A DNA stretch of 54,552 nt, counting the filler, from Bipalium vagum (lineage: Eukaryota): assembly GCA_037834085.1 (NCBI GenBank). It is 3 parts of 3 records of this genome, joined end to end, with 100 filler letters (N's around TTAATTAATTAA, not from the genome) between each part and the next. Parts side by side here need not be neighbours in the genome. Positions count along the whole stretch, not along the records: positions 34,983 to 54,552 come from JBBMKC010272455.1; 2 more parts are not named here. One strand, given 5' to 3'. Below the pieces are notes generated by a model. The model made no database searches. It had not been told where the DNA came from and saw nothing but the letters and a program-made list of their open reading frames with translations. Position numbers and translations under genes: made by a program. Each line of letters opens with the position of its first letter. The first letter of the stretch is position 1. Below are positions 38,442 to 51,240 of this stretch, piece after piece.

Positions 38442-40487
38442 ATGAAAATTGAATTTCTATTAATTTCACTTTTATTTTGTAAGTTTTTTTACTTTTTGAA
38501 AGGATTTTAAAATTTTTTTTCAGATTGCTCTGTTAACACTTTTAAGCCCAGTGGGTATAGAGATGCGGAAAAGTATTTGAAGATGTTCTATAAAATCGAC
38601 ATAGCAAATGGAAACATAGAACAATCAATTAANNNNNNNNNNNNNNNNNNNNNNNNNNNNNNNNNNNNNNNNNNNNNNNNNNNNNNNNNNNNNNNNNNNN
38701 NNNNNNNNNNNNNNNNNNNNNNNNNNNNNNNNNNNNNNNNNNNNNNNNNNNNNNNNNNNNNNNNNNNNNNNNNNNNNNNNNNNNNTCCAGGCTTCTGCTG
38801 GTATTGAGGCTAACGGCGTCTTATCGGATGAAGTAATGGCTTATATGAATAAGCCTCGCTGTGGAGTGACCGATGATCCTAAAATATCAAAGAGATACGG
38901 TAAAAGTGACGAAAATATATATATATATATATTTAACATATCGTTTTCTAGTTGCCTCAAATACAAAATGGCAACAAGGAGTCACTTACAGATATTATAT
39001 TCACTTAGACTGGTTACCACGAACAATGAGCATATCCCAAATAAGGTTCAGTGATAACATAATATTTTAATAATGAATCTTACAATTTATAGGAGAGCAA
39101 TTTCAGTCGCCTTTGGCTACTGGTCGAAAGCATCAAATATTGGTTTTGCAGAATCTCCTTCTACATCAGGCTGCAAATTTTCTTTGAGTTTTGTTAGCAA
39201 AAATCATAACATTTACGATGTCCATAACAATTTCACACCTAGGCCTGACCATTCTACCATTGATAATGTCCCAGGAGGTTTGTATTGCACTTTATTTAAT
39301 TGTTTTACGTTTTACTACCCGTACTGATTCTTTTCAAAAATAGCTGTGCTGGCTCATGCGTATTTTCCAACAAACGGAAATGTACACTTCGATAATGCTG
39401 AGACATGGACTGAGGGTCAGAAGAGTGGGATAAATCTTAGGCTTGTAGCTGCCCATGAAATAGGACACGCCCTCGGACTAGGTCACAGTTCCGATTACAC
39501 AGCTTTAATGGCTGCCTTTTACAGTGGATATGTTTCTGAGCAAGATTTCAAATTGCCAGATGATGATACCAAAGGCATTCAAAGTCTGTATGGAGCAAGA
39601 GGAAAGAGAAGGTTGTTCTTCAAATCTCACAAGCTCGGAAAAGTTCATTCGAAATTTTGCAAAACAAAGAGCATAGATTCAATTTTCGAATGTAAGAAGG
39701 AAATGAGTTCAGTTTGGTATTAAATAGATAAATGTCTTAGTTTCTGATGGGAAATATTACGTCATCGCCGACGGTCACTTATTCCGATTGAATGGAACAA
39801 AACTAGACGAAAGCTTCGAGCCCGCGAAGGCCGACAAGCATTTCAAAAATGTCGATTCAATGTTCTATGATAAGCGAGGAAAACGACTTATTATATTTAA
39901 GGGTACTAAATAATAATTATTTTATTTTATCCTTATTTTATTTGTGTTTTCATATATTGCAGGACAAAGAGTTCTGTCCGTATTTGGAAATGATGTCCAT
40001 AATCTTAAGACGGAGGTATTGAATATCACTGGTCATGGAGCATATCTCGGAAGGAGTTCCGCTGCTTTCATAAGAGAAGAATCTGAAGATAAAGATCTTC
40101 AATACTTTTGGATTATTCAAGTTGACTGTAAATACTGCTTAATGACATCATTGTTATTTATTAGGATCACAAAGTCATCTCTGGTGAACTGTGGAAGAAT
40201 AAAGTGATATTTGGTAGAAGAACTCAAAAATTATCCGACATTGTAGAAGTGAGTAAAGGAGTCAAATTGCCAAAAACCATCGATGCAGCAATTATAGCTG
40301 GAAAGAAAGACAAATTAAGATTATATATCTTTGTGGGAAATAGGTAAAGAGATTACTATAAATTGTAAAATCTTAAAATGTTTTCAGTTACTATGTTGGC
40401 CTGCCCAGAGGAAGAAAAGAATCCAAATATTTTATTCCAGCAGAATATCCACAGCCTTATAAAAGAATTCTGAACTGTGGAAAATAA
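38442..40487 (+). CDS. Secreted matrix metalloproteinase (M10A) with signal peptide, pro-domain, catalytic domain and divergent hemopexin domain
   Basis: Exons 38442-38478, 38524-(gap 38633-38785)-38899, 38952-39045, 39093-39277, 39344-39691, 39741-39902, 39963-40120, 40165-40343, 40388-40487. Signal [14 protein letters not shown], cysteine switch [33 protein letters not shown], Met-turn [18 protein letters not shown], hemopexin C..IDSIF/VDSMF/IDAAI..C. Confidence 0.95.
38633..38785. other. Assembly gap (153 N) inside the MMP pro-domain
   Basis: Plain N run without linker. Flanks EQSI(K) and FQASAG are only a few residues apart in MMP pro-domains, so the gap probably holds mostly an intron. 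Confidence 0.9.
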
Positions 40488-40599
40488 AGAATTCTATTTG
40501 AGTCAAACCGTCAAATGTGAAAATTGATTTATAAATGTTTTCCGATATCTTCCATTTTTAATTTAATATTTGTGAAGATAAAATATTACTCTTTGCATC

Positions 40600-40915
40600 A
40601 AGAGGTCCCATGTTCATAATTTAGTGTTTTATCTAACACGTCAGAAATTACCAAGAAATTAAATTATTTATTTTTAAATTATCAGATGTATCCTTTTTTA
40701 ATTTCTTTGATTCCAAAACTTGATTCAATTCTTCTAATTATGAATCTTTAATTTTTTTGGTTGACCTGGGCGTTCCATATTTTTGAGATCATAATTGCCT
40801 GTTTTGAATCGCTTAAATCAGCGTTCTGATCATCATACAGATTTTTTGCAACGGTTTTCTTTACATTTAATAATAACAGCAAATAATGCCGAAAATTTTT
40901 TTTCGTTGGCTCATA
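40600..40915 (-). mobile_element. Mos1-like mariner N-terminal remnant
   Basis: R*FKRFKTGNYDLKNMERPGQPK matches the WFRRFKSGDFDV.DKERPGQPK motif. Confidence 0.6.
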
Positions 40916-41640
40916 TATTTAACGTTTTGAAATTTGAAATTTTTTGACAATTTAAAATGTACCTTTGAATAATTTGATTAAAAAAAATTTCTAAAATGAT
41001 AAAATAATAATAATATTATATATATAATTAGGTATTAGATTCATATGAAATAATTAATGAGATAAACCATATCTTTGACTATATTTATTTAAATGTTGAT
41101 GATGGCCAATTAACAATTTTATTCACAAATTTTAAAGAAAAATTTATGAAAAATAATATAGAAAACATAGAAATTTTTTTAGTAAATGAAAACAAATTAA
41201 TTGTACTTCAGAATAAGATCTTATTCTTGAAGGCATTATTCCTGAAGTTCCCAAGGAATAAAATTATTTAGAAATATTGGTCAAAATCGATAAAGAAATA
41301 TTTTTAAGGATATCAATTTAGAAGATGTGAAAAATTGTCTTGCGACAATTAAAAAAATGTCACATTAAATTGAAATGAGAATCAGAAAGCCGACTCATGA
41401 TCTTTGTAGTCCAATAAGTATTAGAGAAATTAAAAATAATTTCAAAAAGAAATTATATGGCCATGCTAAAGAAGAAGGGTAACGATTATACCAAAGACTA
41501 TGTCAATGTATTAAAAAGAGGTTTTCGTCTTGGAAAGGCACATTCGGAAATATTTAAATATAGTATTTCGATTTATTTTATCAAAAAACATTTTACAATT
41601 ATTGAAAATATATTTAACAAAATTTTATCTGATATATTTA

Positions 41641-41931
41641 TTATATGATCTCCAATTTTGAACTTTGGATTTATTGATAAAGGATTATTATTTTTGCGAG
41701 AATTAATTTTAACTTGTATACTTTCTGAATTTTCAACAATCAGAGAACATTATTTTGTTCTTTAAATCTAATGAAAAAAAATCTTAATAATATTAAAATT
41801 TGCAAAATTTAATTTATGTAAACAAAAGGTAACCTTCAAAATTTTAACCAAAAAATTCTTATATGATCTCCAATTTTGAACTTTGGTTTTATTGATAAAG
41901 GATTATTATTTTTGCAAGAATTAATTATAAC
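41641..41931. repeat. ~73-bp direct repeat, 218-bp period
   Basis: ttatatgatctccaattttgaactttgg(a/t)tttattgataaaggattattatttttgc(g/a)agaattaatt(t/a)taac at 41641 and 41859; duplicates the integrase KFKIGDH segment. Confidence 0.9.
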
Positions 41932-42200
41932 TTTTCTGGATTTTCACTTGCTTCTTGAGGAGAAATGCCAATTGAACTATGAATTTTGTTGTTATAAAAT
42001 TAATTAAATTGGGTAATAAATGATTCCATTTTCTGTTTCCTTATTCTATAATTTTTTTTAGAATTTTCTTTAATCTTTCGATGACTACAACTTTTCCTTC
42101 ATTCTTTGTTGAGTAAATTTCTATTTCATTATCATCACAGAAATCTTCAAATATTTCAAGAGATTTTAATTTCTTTTTCTTTAATTTTTGGGGATTCAAT
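41641..42200 (-). mobile_element. Maverick/Polinton retroviral-like integrase pseudogene (C-terminal half)
   Basis: FEDFCDDNEIEIYSTKNEGKVVVIERLKKILKK (catalytic E in IER), KWNHLLPNLIN, YNNKIHSSIGISPQEASE, KPKFKIGDHIRI: collinear Maverick integrase motifs. Confidence 0.8.
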
Positions 42201-43619
42201 ATGTAATTTTGTAATTATCGATTTGATTACTAAAAGTTAATTTTTTATTAATATTTTATTTAATATTTTAAATTATTTAATATTAATTTTTTAAAATTTT
42301 ATTATATTTTATGTATTTTATTCTTAAAATTTTTATTATAATTTAATCTATTTATCTTCTGTTTAAAATTCCCACAATGCGAATTAAATGTTTATATTCC
42401 AGATCAAAAGTACCTTTTTATTTCGAGTTCAAATGCTCATAATTTTCAGTTATATATTTTATTTGAATAATATCCTTCCCAAAACGTTCTACAGATAGGA
42501 AAATTATAATAGGTTTTCATTCTTATACCGTAAATTATAATTATTTAAAATCATTTATATTATATCATATTTAATTTTCTTATAACTCAATAGATAACGA
42601 TGTCCTCCAATAAAATCAATGATTAAAATTTTAAAATGTTCAATTCAAGATTTATAATTTCATTATATTTTCAAAATATTAATAATAGTGCTCGAAAACA
42701 TTATCAGTCACCAATGTTTGGTACTTCTATAACAGAAATTCACTGAACTTTAACTTGTAAAAGTAACCACCAGCATATTATTTGATAAACCCAGAATCAA
42801 ATCAATAAAACAAAATAATCTCACTCAAGCATGATTTAAACAATAACCATTTTATTACTTTCTAAACTATACTTTAAAAAGCTGACCAAGTTTTATGTAG
42901 AATTATTTTTTGTTTCTCCAAAATTTTAAGCAGAAATATGAAACACAGACATTGTAACGATTTCCAGAAGCGGTACGTAAAATGTTTCACAGTTGTTATC
43001 ATCCATGAAACTGATTGAACATTCTAATCATTAAAGTGGTTCAGTACATGTAATAAAACGTTTTGATGTTTTCTCTGCGGAGAAGTCTAGAATTTGATTT
43101 AGTGATGCTATTCGGAATACGGAAACGGTACTCTCATTTCATAAAATGTAAATGGGGTTTAGTAAAGTGTCAATGAAATTTTACATTAAATATTTTCTAG
43201 AGTAAATTGGAATTTTCTCCGCAAAAATAATTCTTTGGGACAATGATTTCTTGAAATTTTATAATATAAATAAAAAATATCGTAATTTAAATAGCGATTT
43301 ATTTTATAATTATTTTGCAGTCATAAATTTTGGTGTCCCATAAAAAATGACCGTTTGTGATATATCAAAATTAAAATTTACTTATTATAAAACTTTATTT
43401 GTTGTATTAAAAATTACACAGCTTGATTATTAAAATACTAAGATTAACTTTATAGATATTTGTTTTAATATTCATTTTAGCGCTCAATTAAAATAACTAA
43501 AATTTATGAAACTCGTGTAGTTCTTTTAAATTATTGCAGAAGATAGATGAATCCACCAAGTTAATGTTTTTTACAAAATTAATAATATATGGTATTTAAA
43601 ACTACAGACCTTTAAAAAT

Positions 43620-44400
43620 TCAAAATTTCGAGCAGAATAAATATATAGTTATACAAATATTAGCAGTTAGATGTAATCACATCACTTGAATGTTGTCATT
43701 TTATGATTTTTACCAGATTTTAGGACGGATAATTAATTCGTTTTTTTCTCTTGTTAAATTCCATGTTTCTGAATACAAACCTGTCCAGTAAATTCATATC
43801 TGAAGAGTAATATGATTGCTTTGAATTTTAATTTCATGTTTTTCACAAAAGATCTTTCATAACAACCATATGTCATGCTTGAATTCTAAATGTCCAATTC
43901 TTTTGATATCCAAGATCGTTTGATAAAAGCTACTTAACGTTCAGCATTAATAGATTGGTCAGGCTCTAAAACTTGAAAGCGGAAATCACTAAAATTGCAC
44001 AATTATATGAAACTTCATATCTGATATTGTTCTTCTGGTAAATGGTGGTCCGTCATCATCTGTCGCCACTCAGTATAAATAATCCTGTCGAGAAGGTTAT
44101 TAATTACTTCAAAATCATTTTTCGTAAACGACCACAGTAAGAATTTTTAGATTTCCAATCGAATTTTGTGCTAGTTTTATTCTCCGTACCTTACAACTCT
44201 CTATTATTCGATGAGGAATTAACCTTACGTTAGCGCAATTAAATGAACACAAACAGTTTTTTCAGACACGATTCGGTATACTGAACTAAGGCTGAGATTA
44301 TTAAGTACAGAGATTTCTCTAATATCACTTTCTGAAGTAGCAGTAACTTTATTGACTTTTAATTTTCAGAAAATTTTCAAATGTGATGTTTGTTAAACAT
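43620..44400 (-). mobile_element. Mariner-like remnant, same family as 2900-3500
   Basis: A 22-nt exact reverse-complement match and several near matches to 2940-3290. Boundaries approximate. Confidence 0.6.
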
Positions 44401-44699
44401 CCTATAATAATAACAATTATTATAATTATAATATAATTATCATAATTATAATAAATTTTGGAAACGATATACAGATTTAAGTTTAATTTCCAAAAGGACT
44501 AAGATATTTCAGATGATCACGAGAAATTAAGTTAACATTATCTGCTCTTGAAGTAAAAAATAATCTTCTATTAAAAAGTTTAGCATATGAAATATTAAAA
44601 AATAATAAAATAAATAATAAATAAAAACGACGAACACTTCATAAACATGTTAAATGTTTAATTAAAATTTTGCCACAACCAAAAAAATTAACCGAGACT

Positions 44700-45100
44700 A
44701 ATCTTAGAAAATGTTGAAAGAGTTTTATTGTTCAGGGTTGAGAAAGGCATTTGTATTCATTTCCGACACTGCCGTACACAATTCGGAGCCCTAGCCAGAA
44801 ACGTATTTCAATTTTTGCAGCTATAAAGGGAAATGTTAAAGAAAAAAGAATTCCAGATCGAAATACATATAGATTTTTATTTGCAAAAAAATATTCGTCA
44901 AACCAGCATTCATCATCTGTTACAAGAGAGAAATTTGGTAGGATATTTATAAATTTCAATTGGGTTTAGAAGTGTATTCAGTTGGATTTTAACAAGCAAC
45001 GGGAATTTTGTTACTCGACTTTTCAGCAGGTACCATAACGATGGGTAATTAGTTTCTGTACAATTTTACCTTTTCTCGCTAAACTTCATGTAAATGTCGA
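44700..45100 (-). mobile_element. Mariner-like transposase remnant
   Basis: ORF 44732-44959 LVTDDECWF (cf. IVTGDEKW) with an upstream VPAE (WVP-like) segment. Confidence 0.4.
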
Positions 45101-45984
45101 CGTTAATAAATAAAATTCAAGGTACCTTGATAAAACAAAAAATTATACATGTTATTTAGTTGGAATGCAAATTGTTGAAATTTCAAAATCATTAAGAAAT
45201 TTATTTTAATTATAATACTAATGTTAATAATATTTTTGCCTTGCAACCAAACCGACATAAGATACCGAAATTTCACTACGAAACTTTTCTTTTCAATAAT
45301 TACTTTTTTAATATTATAATTAGTTTTTGGTTTATTAAATATTACTTAATTTTTTCATTCGATGAAATGTATAAAGAGTCAACGTTATATTTTATAATGT
45401 TTAATATATATATATTAATACTATATTAATTAATAATATATTATTAACAGTAAAAAATAATTATATAATAATGAAAAAATTCTATTGATTTCAACACTTA
45501 ATTTTTAATATATGTTTTATATTCTAATTAAGACAATTTGAAAAAAGATTATCTTCATCATAAATGGTAGTTAGTAAGTAGTAAAGAAATCATAAATTTC
45601 AATAAAAAAAATTAAATTGATTTTTATGTGTTTATTTGAAAAAAGTTTACATTTTGATTTTAGATTTATTAACAGAAAAAAATTATTTAATAATTAAAAT
45701 TATTAGAATGATTTAAATGAAAAGTTAAAACAAAAGAGAAACTCAATAACTACTTTATTTGGTTTTAAATATTTATTAAAAATTAAATAATTAATGAAAA
45801 ATTAAAAAATATGCAAAGAATATGGAAATATATTTTAAAAAATCCTAGCCCTAATTATTATAATTGGATTAAAAGAAATTATTTATACTATTTTTTTTAT
45901 TATTTTATATTATATAAATAATGATGCGTAAAAAAGATTTTGATACCATGAGTTTTGATAGATTTTTATATCGAGACCAGAAAA

Positions 45985-46284
45985 ATGAAATTTAAATGTG
46001 AAATCTATGAAAGGAAGTTTCAAACAAAAACTAAATTACTAAGGCATTAAAAATCAAAAAATCAAAAATGATTTTTGTAAAAAATAATGACAAACATTAT
46101 AATAAATATTTATGAAAGCAACTACCAAAATATAAAATTAAGTCTTGATTTTAATAAAGGAATCTTTCATAATGAATTTAATAAAATTGATTATAATATT
46201 GAAGATAGTAAAATTGAATTAACTGAAAACACTAATGACACAAACATTCACAATAATTTAAATAACAGTTATTATTACAATGTG
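45985..46284 (+). pseudogene. Degenerate zinc-finger ORF start, probably another Maverick-type fragment
   Basis: MKFKCEIYERKFQTKTKLLRH*KSKNQ resembles the finger at the start of the pPolB remnant (..LISHKKSKSH). Followed by Asn/Ile-rich ORF 46087-46290; cut by the Tc1 at 46285. Confidence 0.35.
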
Positions 46285-47618
46285 TACTGATCATCATAAT
46301 TTTTCAAACAGGATATAATTTAATATTACACAAGATTATACTGTTTAATTGTTTTCAAATTGTGTCTACATGATAGAAGTAGTTTTGAAAGCTGCGAATA
46401 TCATGTTTCCCATGCAATATTTGTTATGTACTGTAAATAAAATGACAGGTAAAAAATGAATATTTTTAAAAAATTCATAATTTTTTCATTTATTACGAAC
46501 ATGTTATTTGTTATACAAGGAACCTATTTTAATAAAATTGTACATAAACGTCTAAGACTTTTAAAAAATTGTGATTTTTGTACGTTGGGATTGATTAATG
46601 TTTTTGTTTCATTGACATTTTGAAATTGAGGACCGTCGTAGACTTGGTCTGAAATTAATTCCCAAATGTCTTCGGCAATGTTCAGATCAGTACTTTTAGC
46701 TAGCCAACTTAAAATCTTCATATCACTGGATTTCATAAGTTCTTTAACTTTGGCGTATTTGTGAATAGGGGAATTATCTTCTTGTAGCTCAAGATCTGTG
46801 CCAAAATTTAATTTAAAAATTGGCACAATACTTGACTTTAACAGCTCTATATTAAAGTTTTTGTAAAAAAAATCTGGGCCATCCAGACTAAAACGTTTTT
46901 TGTCAGTGAAAACAGTTTTTTCCTATACATTTTCACTAACCCAGGTACTTAATTTAAAAAATCGGTCTCCCTTATGTTTCTTACTTAGATAACACAGATA
47001 TTGTGCTTTTTCATACCTCATTTCACTTCCTTTAATGTGCCTTTGAATAGTCGATAAAGAAATATTCAAATTACACTCAATTTTTAATTTATTTGCATTT
47101 ATCTTACTATATTTATCTTTCAACTTGCCTATTACTCTTTTCATACTCAACCTCTGTCGTTTATTTATTGTAAACTTTGATCCACGTTTCTTACAGATAT
47201 TCTTCTTTAGATATCTACATAAACTAATTGCTGAGTTTCTTGTTATTTTTATAATTTTACCCTATTTAAACTTAATTTAATTCATCTTTCTTTAAAGCCA
47301 AGGCTTGAATTGCTAAAATTTAAAAACATATATCATGCACAAATAAGAAATAATTGCATAACGTTTAATAAAATATTAGGAAATGCTTAATAATTAACTG
47401 TTTGAAAAATTATGCTTTAATTTAAAATGTAGACTTTAACCCAATCATTATTTATATTATTATTTAAATATCATTTAAACAATTAATATTTCTAATATAA
47501 TGAAAGATATATTACTTTGAAGTAATGCATAATACCCTTGAACTTGACATTATACATAACTAAAATTATTTAAAAGGAATATAAATAATTATGTGGTGAA
47601 AAATTATGACGGTCAGTA
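46285..47618 (-). mobile_element. Tc1/Tc3-like (DD34E) transposon with both TIRs, internally deleted
   Basis: tactgatcatcataatttttca (46285) vs tgaaaaattatgacggtcagta (ends 47618), TA at both ends. ORFs 46923-47150 (ISLSTIQRH), VFTDKKRFSLDGPD and 46524-46826 (QEDNSPIH, WLAKSTDLNIAEDIW). Confidence 0.9.
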
Positions 47619-49099
47619 TATATATTATTTATAATGAATACAGTAAATATATTAATATATTAAATATATGAATATATTAATATTATTAGTATCTATATTA
47701 AGGTAATAAAATTATAATCATAATAATATTATTATTAATTTTCTATTTTATTTTTTATTTCAACAAATTAAAAAGGCTTTACAAAAGAGATATCACATAA
47801 TTTTCTAAACATTGAATTTCAAAGCTTAAATGTTTAAATTCTTAACAAATAGCTCTGAAAATTCCCAAAAAAAATTTAACAAAAGGCTAATTTTTTAATA
47901 TAATAGTATTAATTTATATAAAAAAAAGATAAATAATAATATTATAATAAATATTATTATTACTTGTTTTTTTAGTATTTTATTATATTTTTCATCATGC
48001 ATATCTTACTTTTAAAATATTTATGTATATAATTTTTGTTATTCTTACTGGCTTCAACTTTAAGATTGATTAATCAATTCCATCCTGTCATTCCATATGG
48101 TGGTATTTATTAAAGTGGATTCACCTATGCAAATCATTATTCACCACCGGAACTTTGTTACAAGTTCCATAATAACAATATTTACTAAGAAAATCTCTGG
48201 CTTATGACTCGCAGTCATTCAAACATTAATTAGAAATTTTTAATGAAATGATTTTTAATTCAAATTAAACTAAACCCTGAAAATTATATATATATAATTT
48301 AATAAAATAATCTTTAACGATTTTATCATATGTTCATATTCTATTTAGTAACTCGTAAATATAAAAAGATCTCATTCAAATATTTGTTTAATTTAGGTGT
48401 AAATTTAATTTAATTTGGATAAATTCAAACAATTTTATAATGAGGCCCAAGCACGATGATTACTTAAAAGTTTTAGAAAATCGATTTCTTTATTTTCGTT
48501 TTCCATCTTTGATTAATATTTTCACTATTATTGATAAATTCTAGACAAATCGAGATAGACTTAAATAAGACCATTCACAAAAGTTGTTTAAATTGATAAT
48601 AAATCCCGAACGATAAATCTCAATGACTATTAGTTTACTTTGCATGGTTCTCAATGCGAAGACAATAAGTCAGACCTGCCATTGATCAGAATATTTGTTT
48701 TGAATTTCACTTTCCCTAATGAGAAATGTGAATCAACTTCATTTATATATAATAATAAATCAAAGGTTTTGATAATTATTTTCTAATTACTTCTAATTCG
48801 ATATAGGACGGAGAGTCAATTATTTATTTTAGTTATTTTCTTAGTTTACTTGAAAATATTTTATTATTAATATATGACAACAAAATCTAATTATAGTAAC
48901 GAAAGATTTTAACGATTTAAACAAATTATTTCAATTTTTAATTATTATGGTTTTCGATATGAAATTATCTAAATTATTGTTCTTGCTCTTATTATATAAG
49001 AAAAGGGTCATAACTACACAGTTTATTGTTTTTATCAATAAATCGATGTTTTGAATACTTCTTCATAAAAATATCATTGCTTAAAACATATTCGTTCAA

Positions 49100-49950
49100 G
49101 AGTTTATACTATTAATTTGGTAAATTTCTAGTGTCAGGTTTTCAATGAATTTAATGACCACCATTAATGAAAAAATTGAAGGCGTTTTGGTTTCGTTTTT
49201 TGAAATTTTTGGTAAATACAGCATTGAAAAACTATTTTTCTCAAAATATGTGATTCGAGTCACTTTCAAGTCTCTACAAAACATTTTTTATAGTAGACTA
49301 CGAAAAGACGTCACGTGGTTCCAAATCAGACTATGAGGTCGATGTGTCATTAATTGGTGCTTCCACTCTAAGAATAAGCGATGGTTTTGTTGCTTATATG
49401 AACAGTGGCATTATCATGGTAAAGAATAACAAAAAGCTTAAAGATATTTTTTCTCCTTTCATTTTTTCTACATAATTAGTAATTATTAATTACCTTAAAG
49501 GTATAAGCATTTTTCGCAACCGTAGTTAGTGTGTAGGAAAGTGAATTGTTTCGCTGGAACATATTTGACATAATCAAGTTCCCGATGAACTTCTATAAAC
49601 TTTTTAATTTTAAATTTTACAACCTGCTTCCTTAATCATTTCCAAAGAAAGCAGTTGGTAAAGTGGAATTTTCATTGAAAATTATTATGAAACAATCCGC
49701 ATATCCCAAGTTCTTTCTAAATACCCTAAAGCCTAAACAATATTTATTTTTAAAAAAAGATGAGTGATGGACATTTCAGATATTTACTCTGAAATTAAAT
49801 ACCACTATGAAGGACGTCATTAATGCAATTATTAATATTATTGCGATCTAATCTAAATACACAATATTTGGACGGCGAGAGGTGACGAGACGACAGTGGA
49901 TGGTATGATGGTATTACTACGAGTCCAATTGAAACATAATACGCAGACTA
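49100..49950 (-). mobile_element. Decayed mariner remnant
   Basis: ILYHDNATVH followed by THRPHS.DLEPRD (cf. HPPYSPDLAPCD). Boundaries approximate. Confidence 0.6.
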
Positions 49951-50699
49951 AATATAATAACTTTCTAGTACATCTTTAAGTTCAAAAATATAATATAAAA
50001 TTAATTCTAAAAATTAAGAAAGAAAGAATATTCACAAGAATTAAATACATGTGGAAACGGACAGAAAAAACATGTCAAAACGCCTGACTTTGTGATCTAA
50101 ATTCACAAGTCTTACAAAACCAAGTTTCTATAAAAAAGCAAATATATTTACATTTATTACTTAAGTAATAATAATTTTAATAAAAAATTATATTATTATT
50201 TTTCTATTGGCCTCATTAGCTAAAAATTGGGTTTTATTTAATAATAATGAAATATTATTTAAAATTTTGGTATTATTAATCAAAAAGTTTTTTTGCAAAT
50301 CTGTAAAGGTAATCTAGAACTTATTGTCTTCCAATATAGTTTTCCTTTATTCTAGATTCCATTTTCTAATTTCCTTTTGTTAATAATTTGAGAAAATTTT
50401 AATTAAGCTCGTCGATCGGTTCTTCGCGATGGATGGTTGTGTTTTTATCCAAACCAAATCCCAATCAAAATGACAACCTGTATCAATAAACTTTATGAGT
50501 GTCATGGAATCAACTTTAAACAAACCATAATTTAACAATTATCAATAGAACCGTCGTTCTTGCCGTAACAATCAACACTAAAGATTATTATTATGGTTTT
50601 TAAAATAAGTCTTCATTTTTTATCATAAAAAATATCTTCAGTTGATGTAAAAAGTGAAAATCTGTTGGTAAGTTTGAACCATAATCATCTGCTCCATTG

Positions 50700-51240
50700 A
50701 TAGAATTATGAAATGTTTGTGCTGAGCAGATGATACTAATTTTTAGTAATTTTTTCTAGAAAGAAGGTTTATCGTCTGCCTCACCTGTTGATTGACTAAA
50801 AACAATTTACGGAGTTAGTGCATCTTACAGATTTATAGAGAGCGCTTAGCGTCCGGAAGGAAATCACTTGAAGGTGACCCAAATTATTGGGCATCAATCA
50901 CAGTAGCTTCATATGAATTTGTTTCTCGTATGTAGCCCTTGTCGGATAAAGACCGACGAAAAATCAAAGATGAAATGGAAGAAGTTACTTGTTATTCATT
51001 GGGTACTCTGCAGTGAGTTATCCATGATCACATGAGATCGAGCAAAGTTAGTTCAAAATGTGTGTCCAGACTACTGACAGAGAAATAGAAGGCTTCTGAG
51101 TACAACAATCAGTGATTGGCATTGAGTATGTTGGAGAAGTTAGGGATCTTATTTGTTCACATATTTTTACCGTTGTTGAGACTCATTCGTCACATAACAT
51201 GCCAAAACGTGCCAGTCAATCATGACGTACCTTCTATAAT
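50700..51240 (+). mobile_element. Decayed mariner N-terminal remnant
   Basis: SLGTLQ*VIHDH, KVSSKCVSRLLTEK (cf. KVSARWVPRLLT), IFTVVET (cf. IVTGDET). Confidence 0.55.

Noticed and set aside
49494-49592. Apparent 99-nt phase-0 minus-strand exon, considered as an upstream PKD2 exon
   Set aside because: Translation has no TRPP similarity and it lies within a mariner remnant.
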